From contig JALGPX010000008.1 of NCBI GenBank assembly GCA_023515795.1, forward strand, positions 124,001 through 188,000: a stretch of DNA of 64,000 bases, written 5' to 3'. Source of the DNA: Amoeboaphelidium occidentale. Its lineage: Eukaryota. The first letter of the stretch is position 1. The number at the start of each line of letters is the position of its first letter. Shown here in pieces: positions 33,601 to 44,481 of the stretch. Position numbers and translations under genes: made by a program. The notes under the pieces are model-generated. The model saw only the letters and a program-made list of their open reading frames with translations, was not told the DNA's origin and ran no database searches.

Positions 33601-34581
33601 TGGAATTATTGTACCTGGAGATCTCTTTACCGTTCTTTTCGCTATTTTGTTTGGTTCTATTTCTCTTTCTCAAGCTGCAACATACACTCCAGATATCTTG
33701 AAAGCAAGAGTTGCTGCTATTGAATACTTTTCTCTTGTTGACAAAGTTCCAACAATTGACAGTTACACAGAAAAAGGTGATCAACCAAAGGACATTGCAG
33801 GAACAGCCGAAATTAAGAATGTCCAGTTCTCTTATCCACAAAGACAAGATATCAAGATTCTCAAAGGTGTTAGCTTCAATGTTCCTCCTGGCAAAAATAT
33901 TGCTTTAGTTGGACCTTCAGGGTACTGTTTTACTATATATGCTTAATCTTACATTTTAGGTCTGGTAAAAGTACCGTTATTGCTTTGTTGGAAAGATTCT
34001 ATGATGCAGAATCTGGTGCTGTTAACGTTGAGAAGATCGATGTTAAAAATTGGAATGTGGGTTACTTGAGAGCCAATATGAGTATTGTCAGTCAAGAACC
34101 AACACTTTTCATCGGAACAATCACTGATAACATAACTTATGGAAGAGAAGATGAAGTATCTCAGGAGGAAATCATCAAGGTTGCTAAGATGGCTAATATT
34201 CACAAGTTTATTGAAGGATTACCTGATGGTTACAACACCGAAATCAGCAATACTCAGTTGAGTGGTGGTCAGAAACAAAGAATCGCTATAGCTAGAGCTT
34301 TGTTGGTGAATCCTAAGATACTACTGCTCGATGAGGCAACCAGTGCGTTAGACAGCGAGTCAGAAAAGGTAGTTCAAGACGCCTTAGCTGTTGCAAGTGA
34401 AGGAAGAACCACATTGACGATTGCTCATCGTTTATCAACAATTCAAAACAGTGACTGGATTATTGTTATGAAAGATGGTGTCTTGGAAGAAGAAGGTACT
34501 CACCTTGATCTTATTGGAAAGAGAGGTCTTTATGCGACATTGGTGCAAAGGCAACAACTTGGTGGGGAGTCTAATGAATGA
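30695..34581 (+). CDS. Full-length ABCB (MDR/P-glycoprotein) transporter; intron 33922-33959
   Basis: Two TMD-NBD halves, Walker A GFSGSGKST and GPSGSGKST, LSGGQKQRIAIARA and LLLDEATSALD. Confidence 0.95.
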
Positions 34582-34880
34582 GAAATACAATAAAAAAGAG
34601 AGTCTATTTTATCATCATGAAGCTCGTTAACAATAATTGTAGCGCTATTTGCCTGAGGCATGATATTGTTACAAGTGAGGAACAGATAGTTTGTTCTGAA
34701 GATTTTAGTTACGTCAAAGCTCAAGCTTCTATCATATCGCAATGATCATTCAAAGAGCTCAGGAGAAATAAAGAGATCTGTGCTTAACTGAGATCTGGTA
34801 GAAACTTACGGACGTTTCGTGGCTCGGCGATGTTTGGGCTTTGTTTGCACGGCCGCGCTTTCTTTGTTCGTCATTTGAAA

Positions 34881-37800
34881 ATGTCAGCAGCCCCTGAATT
34901 TCCCCTACCAGATTACGATGCTGCAGTATCTTATCATTGTAAATCTGTAGCTGAAGTTCAAAGCATTTTAAAGACTGATACAAACAAAGGCTTAACCACT
35001 GATGATGTCCAGAATCGATTGGCACAGTTTGGTTTAAATCAGCTCGAAACTCACAACAGCAAATGGTGGAAAATCCTTCTGGCCCAATTCGTCAATGCCA
35101 TGACGCTTGTTTTGCTTATTGCGATGATAGTTTCCTTTGTACAAGACAAGCTTGTTGAAGCTGTCGTAATTGTGATTGTGATCATTACGAACAGCACAGT
35201 TGGATTCCTTCAAGAGTTCAATGCTGAAAAGACCATGGAAAGCTTAAAGAACATGTCATCCCCGACTGCAAAAGTTATAAGAAATATCTCTGAAGTCGAG
35301 ACGATCCCTGCAAGAGATTTGGTTCCTGGTGATGTCGTCATGTTAGAAGAAGGCGACACTTGTCCCGCTGATTTGCGCCTGGTCAAAGTGTTCCATTTAA
35401 AAATGGATGAAGCCTTACTCACCGGTGAAAGCGTGCCTATTGAAAAGGACATCAAGGAGTCAAAGGCTGAAAATGAAAGTATCGGCGATCGCAAGAACTT
35501 GGCTTATGCTTCTTCGACTGTGAATACTGGTCGTGGTGTTGGTATCGTTGTTAGAACTGGTATGAACACTGAAATCGGTAAGATAGCTGCTCAGCTCAAG
35601 AAGAGTGAAGACTCTTCCCTCTCAACTAAGACACCTGCTCAAAGAAGTTTAATGATGCTCGCTTACTTTCTCTTTGGCGTGGTGATTATTTTGTGTATCA
35701 TAGTTTTCTCTGTTAATAAGTGGAACATCACGCCTGGTGTTGCCAGTTATGCGATTGCTGTGTCCATCGCTGTGATTCCAGAAGGACTGATTGCTGTGAT
35801 GACGATAACTATGGCTTTAGGAACAAAGAAAATGGCAACAAGAAAAGCGATAGTTCGTAAACTTACTGCATTGGAAGCTTTAGGTTCTATCACAAACATT
35901 TGTAGTGACAAAACAGGAACCTTGACTCAGGGCAAGATGGTTGCCAGAAAAGCATTTGTGTATGGCGAAGGCTACTACGATATATCTGGTGATGGTTACA
36001 GGCCAGTCGGCGGTTTTAAATTGTTTGGTGAGAATATGAGACCAAAAAACGTTCCTGATATTGAAACGAAAGACATGTCGTCGGATCTGAAAGAATACTT
36101 GAAATGTGGTAGTTTGTGTAATTTGTCGGTCATCAAGAGAAAGGGAATTTCCAAAAAGGATGAATCTTCTGCTGTTCGTTTGAATCTAGCTCAACACATT
36201 CCGTTTAATGAAAGTTTCTCTGCCACTAATGTTGAAGAATGGGAAGCTTTTGGTGACCCCACTGAAGCTGCCATCAATGTCATGGCCTGGAAGGCAGACA
36301 TGGCTCAGGAGGCGTTTACAAAGCCGGTTGGAGAAGAACCCCCGCTTTATACACTCACGCAAGAGTTTGGTTTTGATTCAAGCTTGAAAAGAATGTCGAT
36401 GGTTTACCAGGATAATCGCACAAAGAAATTTGAAGTCTTTGCGAAAGGAGCCGTTGAAACTATTTTGAATCTCTCAAACTCCAACAAAAACGGCGAATTT
36501 GCAGACCCAGAAGTAAAAGGCAAGTTCTCTAACGAAATACTGCAAGTTGCAGATGATATGGCTGAGAGAGGGCTTCGTGTGCTAGCAATGGCAAAGCGTA
36601 CATTAGCGGAGCAATCAGAGCAAGAGATTTTGGCTCTAAGCCGTGCAGCTGTTGAAAAGGATCTAACATTCCTGGGGCTTGTTGGTATCTATGATCCACC
36701 GCGAAATGAATCTGCTGCTGCTATTAAAGAATGTAGAGCCGCTGGTATAACAATTCACATGCTTACTGGCGATCATCACAAAACTGCTGAGACTATCGCA
36801 AGAGAAATTGGCATTATTCCAGTTGTTGCTGAAGAAGGAGCTGTTATGAAAGCTGTTGATTTTGATGCAATGACAGATGAGCAAATGGATGCTTTGCCAG
36901 AACTACCATCTGTAATCGCTAGATGTTCTCCAGCAACTAAAGTCAAAATGGTTGATGCTTTAAAAAGACGTCATTTAAATGTTGCTATGACCGGTGATGG
37001 AACCAATGATGCGCCTAGTTTGAAGAAGGCAGATGTTGGTATTGCTATGGGTTTGGCTGGCAGTGATGTAGCAAAAAGTGCCAGTGATATCGTTTTGACT
37101 GATGATAATTTTGCAACTATTGTGAAGGCAATCTACGAAGGAAGAAGAATTTTCGCAAACATGCAGAAATTTGTACTGCAACTCATGTCAACCAATGTCG
37201 CTCAAGTTATTACTCTGATTATTGGTTTAGCATTTGTTGATCAGAGCGGCAGTTCGATTTATCCAATGTCTGCAGTTCAGATCTTGTTCTTGAATATGAT
37301 TACATCGACTCCACCTGCCATTGCTCTTGGTGTTGAAAGAGGCTCTCAAGATCTTATGAGAATTGCGCCTAGAGCAGCCACTGTCAAAGGAGCTGGTATC
37401 TTCACCGCGGAACTGATGATTGATATTGCCTTTTATGGATTCTTCATGGGCTGTTTTACGCTTGGAGCATTCTCGCTGTCTCTTTTTGGTAATGGTGGCG
37501 CAAACCCACTTGGTAATGATTGCAATTCTGGTGTTTATAATCCAACCTGTGAATTCGTCTACAGAGCCAGAGGCACAGCCTTCATTACCATGGTTTTGAT
37601 CATTCTAATTCATGGTTACAACTGCAGACATTTACGTCAATCGATTATTACAGGAAAGGATTATGGCGGTTTCAAAAAGATCATGTCTAATCGTATGCTA
37701 TTCTGGGGTGTTGTTGTTGGCGTTGTGCTTTCCATTCCAACGCTTTACATTCCGTTCATCAACGACCAAGTATTTAAACAGTTGCCTATCTCGTGGGAAT

Positions 37801-37937
37801 GGGGACCTATTATTGGCTTCTTGGTTTTGTTTTTGACTATTGCCGAATTGTACAAACTTTTCAAAAGAAGATACTATCCAACCAAGAAGGTCGATCTGCA
37901 GGAAATTCTCTTGCATTACACAACTGAACAGGCTTAA
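34881..37937 (+). CDS. ENA1: P-type IID (ENA) Na+/K+ efflux ATPase
   Basis: [48 protein letters not shown] and QKFVLQLM..NVAQ. Confidence 0.9.
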   Translation: MSAAPEFPLPDYDAAVSYHCKSVAEVQSILKTDTNKGLTTDDVQNRLAQFGLNQLETHNSKWWKILLAQFVNAMTLVLLIAMIVSFVQDKLVEAVVIVIVIITNSTVGFLQEFNAEKTMESLKNMSSPTAKVIRNISEVETIPARDLVPGDVVMLEEGDTCPADLRLVKVFHLKMDEALLTGESVPIEKDIKESKAENESIGDRKNLAYASSTVNTGRGVGIVVRTGMNTEIGKIAAQLKKSEDSSLSTKTPAQRSLMMLAYFLFGVVIILCIIVFSVNKWNITPGVASYAIAVSIAVIPEGLIAVMTITMALGTKKMATRKAIVRKLTALEALGSITNICSDKTGTLTQGKMVARKAFVYGEGYYDISGDGYRPVGGFKLFGENMRPKNVPDIETKDMSSDLKEYLKCGSLCNLSVIKRKGISKKDESSAVRLNLAQHIPFNESFSATNVEEWEAFGDPTEAAINVMAWKADMAQEAFTKPVGEEPPLYTLTQEFGFDSSLKRMSMVYQDNRTKKFEVFAKGAVETILNLSNSNKNGEFADPEVKGKFSNEILQVADDMAERGLRVLAMAKRTLAEQSEQEILALSRAAVEKDLTFLGLVGIYDPPRNESAAAIKECRAAGITIHMLTGDHHKTAETIAREIGIIPVVAEEGAVMKAVDFDAMTDEQMDALPELPSVIARCSPATKVKMVDALKRRHLNVAMTGDGTNDAPSLKKADVGIAMGLAGSDVAKSASDIVLTDDNFATIVKAIYEGRRIFANMQKFVLQLMSTNVAQVITLIIGLAFVDQSGSSIYPMSAVQILFLNMITSTPPAIALGVERGSQDLMRIAPRAATVKGAGIFTAELMIDIAFYGFFMGCFTLGAFSLSLFGNGGANPLGNDCNSGVYNPTCEFVYRARGTAFITMVLIILIHGYNCRHLRQSIITGKDYGGFKKIMSNRMLFWGVVVGVVLSIPTLYIPFINDQVFKQLPISWEWGPIIGFLVLFLTIAELYKLFKRRYYPTKKVDLQEILLHYTTEQA

Positions 37938-38022
37938 ATTGCAAGATCATGCGAGTTTGAAATAAAAGCTAAAATTGGTGCGCAATAAGTTGAAACAAGA
38001 TGTTTTGCTTCTCAAAATCATT

Positions 38023-38974
38023 ATGGCCGATCCAGCTTTGCGAAAACTTCAGAATCAATACTTTGTAGGAGCTTATCAATCTGCTGTTACCTCTGCAATA
38101 TCTTTGCCTTCTACGCCTGAGACTGATACTATGAAGCGTTCATTCCTGTACCGTTGCTACTTGGCTCAAAAGAAACATTCTTTGGTCATTAAAGAACTTG
38201 GCACAAACGCACAGCCGCTACCAGACGAATTAAAAGTACTTCAACTTGTCGCTAAGTTACCAACTGAAGGCGCTGCTTTATTGAGAGACATTCAGATGGT
38301 GGCCAAAGAATCCAAATCGCCGCTGGTCTCAGTCTTGGCTGCTGAAGCGTTGGTCCAGGCGAACCAGCTGAAAGAAGCCATGGAAGTATTGGCCCCTCAT
38401 TGCATGAACGATTTGGAAAGTTCTGCGCTTCTTATTCAGATACTTTTAAGTTACAATCGAGTCGATTTGGCTGAGAAGCAGCTTGCCAGGATGAAAGAAC
38501 TAGAAGAGGATTCTGTCTTGACGATGTTGACTGAAGCGTGGGTCTGCATATTTACGGTAAAGCTTTAATTGCCACGAAACAACTGACTTGTCAAAGGGTG
38601 GCGAAAAGATTCAAGATGCGTTTTATATTTATCAGGAATTAATGGAAACTTATAATGTTACAGCGAAACTGTTGAATAATCAAGCGATTTGCCAGCTGCT
38701 TTCTGATAAAGTTGATGAAGCTGAGAAGATCTTGGCTGATGCCTACCAAAAGAGTCACGATGATCCTGATGTCCTTGCTAATTCCACAGCGTTTGCGTCT
38801 TTTCTAGGAAAACCATCTGAATTAGTTTCCAGATACTTATCGTAAGTTTCATGATTCCCCCTGTTTAATTGTGATAGTGAATTATCCCATGAGAACCCTA
38901 ATCATCCATACGCAAAGGAGATCGAGAAGCGCTCAGCACTGTTTGATACTTGTGCAGCTAAATTTATGCAGTAA
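38023..38974 (+). CDS. COPE: Coatomer epsilon subunit; introns 38557-38596 and 38842-38877
   Basis: NQYFVGAYQ, NRVDLAEKQL, LTEAWV, GGEKIQDAFYIYQEL and PNHPY. Confidence 0.92.
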
Positions 38975-39017
38975 AAAGAATATTCCGAAAATAATTTTAT
39001 TAATTAATGAAGAATAA

Positions 39018-41198
39018 CTACGGGTTAACTACATAAGAAGGCGCGTTCAAGAATGTGTACACATTTGAGTCGATATGTAATAATCTTCCATCTCTGAATG
39101 CAGCTCGCTTTTGATTTAGAACAATATCACGGTAATCATCAACAACAATCTTGTTCAAGTTGAAGTACATGTGACGCATTTCATGGACATTTGCGTCAAG
39201 ATTAGTAGTATCGATACAATCCAAATCATACGCCAAGTAACTCAAATTGGCAGTTCCAAGACGGAATCTTCTTCTTCTAGTGACTGGAGATGAAGAATTA
39301 GACTCGTTGATGTCATTAGTCAAAGAGCTTTCTGATGAAGTAACATTCTCAGTGTTTGAAGGCGTTTGCTTCAACAGCTCTTCTTTGAGATCCCTGATTT
39401 GTTTCATTCTGAGTCTTTTCAATGCATATTTGCCCAGCATATGCTGTCCGCTGAATATCTCAGCCACCTTCAGAGGGAAATCGCTCTCATCAGCAAATAT
39501 CGTGGTCAAGTGACAGCATTTTGAAATTCTTGAATAATCAACGTTCATGAACTTTTCTAGATTTGCTTCTGCGTTCATGAGAGTTAATGATGCCAATGTG
39601 ATCTTGTCTTTTGTGGCAGTGGACAAATCCAAGCCTGAGCTCGTTTTCTCATGGAAAATATCATGAAATACTCGAGAACAAGATAACAGCGCTCTGCAAC
39701 CCATACTATGACCAAGAAGATGAACCTTATTGAACTTTCCACTAGAAATCAAATCCAAAAGAAAGTCCCTGAAGTTATTGGATGTCTCTTCGCATTCCGC
39801 TGTCTTTAAAGCCTGAAAGTACGTAAATATCTGTCCACCTGGCCAGGAGAAAATGAAGGGTTTAATCCTTGACGGAAAATTAGCAAGTGAAAACAGTTGA
39901 CCAAGCCTACATGCAGCAACATCAGGCGAACAGTTGAAACCGGGAAAAAATATCAAGGCTTCATACAAATCATCAGGAACTTTTTCAAAGCCATCAACCT
40001 CGAAATCAACATCATCAGAGGCGTTTAATGACACAGAAACTTTAATCGGCGCAGGAACAGATGGATAATATCCAGGAACCAATAAATGACCTTCAGCAGA
40101 AGTTTCAATGGTAATACTCTTCATTGAATGGCCATTGTTCTTTCTTGGCGAAACTGGAGGCTTAACTTCCATTTCCATGTAAGACATCATCCAAGAAACA
40201 GCATCTTGATACTGCGGAAACTGATTGAGAATCTCTCGCTTGGTCAAAGTCTGAGTTTCCATCTTGTTACCAGTTCCGGAAATTAAATCTGCAGCAGGAA
40301 GTTCCATGAAGAATTTTCCACTAATCGAACATTCAACGCCTGCAACACCGAAAGTCACAGCACCTCTAGGATTAGGCTTCGGAATGAATTCGCTAGAGCC
40401 CCATTTATCATTCGTAGCGAACACAACTCCACATCGAATGTTAGTGAAGGCACAGCCAGTACCAAATTCATTAGAATTGAAGGGACCAATTGGAATACCA
40501 TCCCTAAAATAGCCATACAAATACTCACCAGCTAGCGAGTCATCAGTCCATGTTCCCCAACCGTGTGGCAATTTTGTTTCTGGATGTACCTCGCCTCTGT
40601 AAGAAAATCTACGGTTTGATGCAACAAAGCGATTAAACTCAAACGTGTAATACGAGTAACAATTGACAGTATTTGGAATCTTCTTAATATTCCAAAAAAT
40701 GTACGCATTAATCCATTCCCAATAGACAAGGCGCGGATAAATGATCCACGTGACTAGAAAGTATACGATTGTGAAGACTTCTGCAGTCACAAAGACAGCG
40801 ATCAGAATGGCAACGAACACGCTCATGGACGGAGTGCCCGCTGAGCCGGAATCTTCTGCAAACTTAAGTATTATCAGGAATATCAGAATCCAGTATAGCA
40901 TCAATCTAAGTGGTTGTGATAGCTTTGTCATTAGATACACCCCAAGGAGCACCAGCATGACCAGGATGATGTTTGTGTAATAGTTAGTATTATCGTTATA
41001 CACAAACATAACACAGAGCGTAATAGCCAGCAATGCCAGGAGAAAGAACCAGATGAAGCCGTGCTTAGCTTTTCGAAAATGACCGTTACGTATTCTGATC
41101 AGCTTCCTGCTTGTCATGTGACGGAATGTCGGGATCAAATTGGCCTCCTGTTCAGGGGACATGGAGCTCTCTGCTGTCAGCGTAATGTCTTGGTTCAT
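39018..41198 (-). CDS. Multi-TM protein with MORN-like segment and DUF900-like alpha/beta hydrolase domain
   Basis: About 4 N-terminal TM helices, PHGWGTW..GYFRDGIPIGPF, FFPGFN, FSWPGG and nucleophile elbow GHSMG. Confidence 0.75.
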   Translation of the reverse strand: MNQDITLTAESSMSPEQEANLIPTFRHMTSRKLIRIRNGHFRKAKHGFIWFFLLALLAITLCVMFVYNDNTNYYTNIILVMLVLLGVYLMTKLSQPLRLMLYWILIFLIILKFAEDSGSAGTPSMSVFVAILIAVFVTAEVFTIVYFLVTWIIYPRLVYWEWINAYIFWNIKKIPNTVNCYSYYTFEFNRFVASNRRFSYRGEVHPETKLPHGWGTWTDDSLAGEYLYGYFRDGIPIGPFNSNEFGTGCAFTNIRCGVVFATNDKWGSSEFIPKPNPRGAVTFGVAGVECSISGKFFMELPAADLISGTGNKMETQTLTKREILNQFPQYQDAVSWMMSYMEMEVKPPVSPRKNNGHSMKSITIETSAEGHLLVPGYYPSVPAPIKVSVSLNASDDVDFEVDGFEKVPDDLYEALIFFPGFNCSPDVAACRLGQLFSLANFPSRIKPFIFSWPGGQIFTYFQALKTAECEETSNNFRDFLLDLISSGKFNKVHLLGHSMGCRALLSCSRVFHDIFHEKTSSGLDLSTATKDKITLASLTLMNAEANLEKFMNVDYSRISKCCHLTTIFADESDFPLKVAEIFSGQHMLGKYALKRLRMKQIRDLKEELLKQTPSNTENVTSSESSLTNDINESNSSSPVTRRRRFRLGTANLSYLAYDLDCIDTTNLDANVHEMRHMYFNLNKIVVDDYRDIVLNQKRAAFRDGRLLHIDSNVYTFLNAPSYVVNP

Positions 41199-41324
41199 TT
41201 CTGAGTTTCTTTGTGAACTCGTTCGCTGTTCTCTCAATCAAGAAATTGAAAATCAGGGGCGCTAAAGCGCAGGTTGCCGCGCCACTGGGAACATCCGAAC
41301 AACTCATGACCCCTTTTATTACTA

Positions 41325-43218
41325 TCAGTTAAGAATAATGTTTTTGAAGTAATTGATGGTTTCTATGCTTGAACCAGTAAGATATGCTACAACTCGCGAC
41401 TCAGAGTTAACTGTGTCCGTCCAAACGTCAATTGAAATCTTTTCGAAAGGAGCTTTAAGTTTAAGTCTTGTCTTATCTAAACCCTTCGATTCATCGGTGT
41501 CGCATTTTTTGACTTCAAAGTCCAAGCCTCTTTGTTTTAGGAACACGTTCAAATTTTGTAAGCACGAACCATCATTAGTCTCAAGAAGAGGATGTTTGAC
41601 TTCAAAGCTTCCATCAAATGAATATTTAACAGCTTTGTTACTTGTAACAGTTAAAGGTACATTGTCGAACCTTCTCTTGAGGAACAGATACTTTGGCAAC
41701 TCCATGACCAATGGCACAAGTCCTCCCACAGATTGAGCATTCACTGTTGAGTAAATTTCAATAGAAGCTGGCTTGAAGCATGATATACATTGTGGAACTG
41801 TAGACACGAGAGCCTCTGATAGAATAATCTTTTGGACTTTGGCTTTCTGTTCTGACAACAACTCAGCCATATCTTTCTCAAGATTAATGGAATTGTCCAA
41901 AGTAAAGTGTTTGATTTCAATATCTTTCAATAAATTTTTCACTTGATGTTCTTTCTTACTTTTGAAGTGAGTGCTCAAAACAAAACATGTTTGAACAGGA
42001 CAGCTAACCATAGTTAAAACAGCCAACGTTGAAAGTCTGTCCAGGCTTGTTAGTATACCGAAATCAAGCACAATGCAAGGAAGCTTATTCATTAAAACAT
42101 GCATCGCCATAATATCTTTTGGGTTCTTTTCAGAAAAGTAATGAACATTCGTTAGCTCATTCACAACTGAATAACCAAATTCCATTGTAACAAGGGGAGA
42201 TGTATTATTGGCATTATAAAAAGATTCAGTGAACTTTGGGCACAGCCTAAGTGAATCTTGAAAAGTCCTTCCTAGTAGTATAATGTGTGTTTTTGGGAGT
42301 GCATTTCGAAGTTTCACAACTAAATCAAGACAGATACTTCCATCAAAGCCGAAATCAGTCATGTAAACGCTCTTCTTTTTGCTCAATACATCTTTTGTAT
42401 TCTTTAAAAGTTCTTGATAGTTTTGAGCTGTGGTATTAGAATAAGCGGAAGACTTCTGAAGCATTAAAACAGAATTACTTCCAGTCAACTGCGAATAATC
42501 AAACGGTTTCATTAAAGTCTTTCCCATGGAAGATTTGTCCATGATAAACATGGAATAATCAAAATACTTTAAACTCCAATTAGCGCAGCCCAACGCGTAG
42601 CCAGACCTTTTTGCAACAACTTGATACGCCATTGCATTTCGTTTGAGCCCTACAACTTCTCCGTATTGGATGATATGGATCTTACTAAAACAATTATCGA
42701 CATCTTCAATACTGTAAATATTCTTGTCATTCATTAAAATTTCATTATCATTCAGAGTGCCATCAGCCTCATAGTCGTGCATGTATCGACACTCTTCCAC
42801 CAGTTCGAGCATCATAAGCCGTGCAACTTCAACAGTCTCAGCCACAGCGTACACTTCCAAATGGTCAAAATTCCCAGTGCGCATGAGATACGGCAGCCCT
42901 GTAAGACCAAAAGGATTTGTCACGAGCAGCGTATCCACAAAGTCGTAAAGATAAACTCCATCCAGCGCAGCCATACTCGTCCCAAGAACGTTAATGACAT
43001 TCTTCAGCCCATTCGGGAGGACAAAAACCTTTCTATGCACGTCTGGAATGATGGGCAGATTCACCAGGACTTCTAATTGTCCATCGTCAAAGCTCACGGC
43101 CAAACAATTCGCCTTTGGGTCTTCTGAGTTCTGGAACAAATGCGTCTAAGAGCAGAATTAGCGTTCACGGACAAATAGCGAAACTAACAATTTGCGTTTG
43201 GTTACGAAAGGCGCACAT
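41325..43218 (-). CDS. INTS9: Integrator subunit 9-like (inactive beta-CASP protein); intron 43146-43188
   Basis: VDTLLVTN....LPY, ETVEVARLMMLELV, YSIEDVDNCFSKI and SGYALGCANW match INTS9 blocks. Confidence 0.75.
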
Positions 43219-43252
43219 TTGATAATTGAGTAATCTATTGCGATGATCAGCC

Positions 43253-44104
43253 TCAAGAAAACAGTTTAGACATGACCTTCTGAACTTTCTTTCCGTTATG
43301 CGCACCATCAGAGGTTTCTTTTGCTACTTTTCTTTGTTTAAACTTTCGTTGTAATTCCTTTAGAACGGTCTGATCGTCTTCGTTTCGACTGTTTGTTTCC
43401 TCTAGGCCTCTCTTGAGCTTCTTCTGCTCCATGGCATTTATCATTTTACTCTTGTTAGAATTTTTTATGTAAGTTTCGACTTCCTTCTTTGCCTGTTCGA
43501 TTTCCATCTGCATCTTCTTTTCGCGTTCCTTCTTCTCGTAAGCCATTTGCTCCTTCAGGTGCAGCCATTTGAACTTACTGAGATACTTCAAATTCCACAA
43601 ATCATCAGCGTAACGGGAATTCTTCTTTGATGTAATAGGCGTATTGTTGAGTGTAGCTGCAACCAACTTTGCAATCTTCTTTGACTCGAATTCTATCCAG
43701 CCCTCAACGAACTGCTTTCTCTTTGAACCACCAGATTTAGCACGTTTCTTCCTGATATGATCATCCTCTGCCCGGAGATATATGCGATTGATTGCGCCAA
43801 ACTTCTGTAGCAATTGTTTGACTTTTGTTGGTCGCATGTTCGGAGGCACACGACTCATATAAATGATTCCAGAATTATCAACTTTCTGTTGGAATTTGGT
43901 GATTTTATCTTCCGAAAGTACTTTCTTGTGTGTCTTCTTTGATTCTTGATCATTTGATTCTTCATCTTCTGTGCCTGAGGCTAAAGATCCTTCATTGTTT
44001 TCCTGATCGCTAAAATCGTAGTTGTCTTCGGTGTCGCCATCGGAATCGCTAAAGCCGCCACCGGTCGCGTCGACATAGTTTTCGTGCTCAGAATCGTTGG
44101 CCAT
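43253..44104 (-). CDS. ESF2: Pre-rRNA processing protein Esf2/ABT1 (RRM)
   Basis: GIIYMSRVPP.MRP.KV, FVEGWIEF and DDLWNLKYLSKFKW.HL.EQ. Confidence 0.93.
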   Translation of the reverse strand: MANDSEHENYVDATGGGFSDSDGDTEDNYDFSDQENNEGSLASGTEDEESNDQESKKTHKKVLSEDKITKFQQKVDNSGIIYMSRVPPNMRPTKVKQLLQKFGAINRIYLRAEDDHIRKKRAKSGGSKRKQFVEGWIEFESKKIAKLVAATLNNTPITSKKNSRYADDLWNLKYLSKFKWLHLKEQMAYEKKEREKKMQMEIEQAKKEVETYIKNSNKSKMINAMEQKKLKRGLEETNSRNEDDQTVLKELQRKFKQRKVAKETSDGAHNGKKVQKVMSKLFS

Positions 44105-44153
44105 CTTTCTTTCAAAGAGAAAACAGGAAAACTTGAAAACTATCCCAACTGAG

Positions 44154-44402
44154 ATGCCAAAGAGGCCGAAAAAGATCGTTTTTGAGCAGAGCGCTGAGCA
44201 AAAAGACAAAGTCATTGAATTGGCAGATAATACGACGAACGCTGATGAAACATTCTTTATTGATATGCTAACGAAAAAGCCAACCAAAAAGACTAAAGCG
44301 CCTGTAGCTGATGTCAGCCTAAAATCAAAGAAACGGAAATCTGTTCTTCAGAGCGAAAGTTCTGCGCATAAGACGAAAAAGCTGAAGAAGAAGGGCGTCT
44401 GA
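44154..44402 (+). CDS. Small lysine-rich hypothetical protein (82 aa)
   Basis: ATG-initiated ORF MPKRPKKIVF...KKLKKKGV filling the gap between ESF2 and TOF1. Confidence 0.5.
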   Translation: MPKRPKKIVFEQSAEQKDKVIELADNTTNADETFFIDMLTKKPTKKTKAPVADVSLKSKKRKSVLQSESSAHKTKKLKKKGV

Positions 44403-44481
44403 ATACGCTTGTTTGGCTGTTTGGGCTTTTGTTTTCGCTATTTGGTTTTTCTCTTCAAAGGATTATAAATAAATCTTCTAA

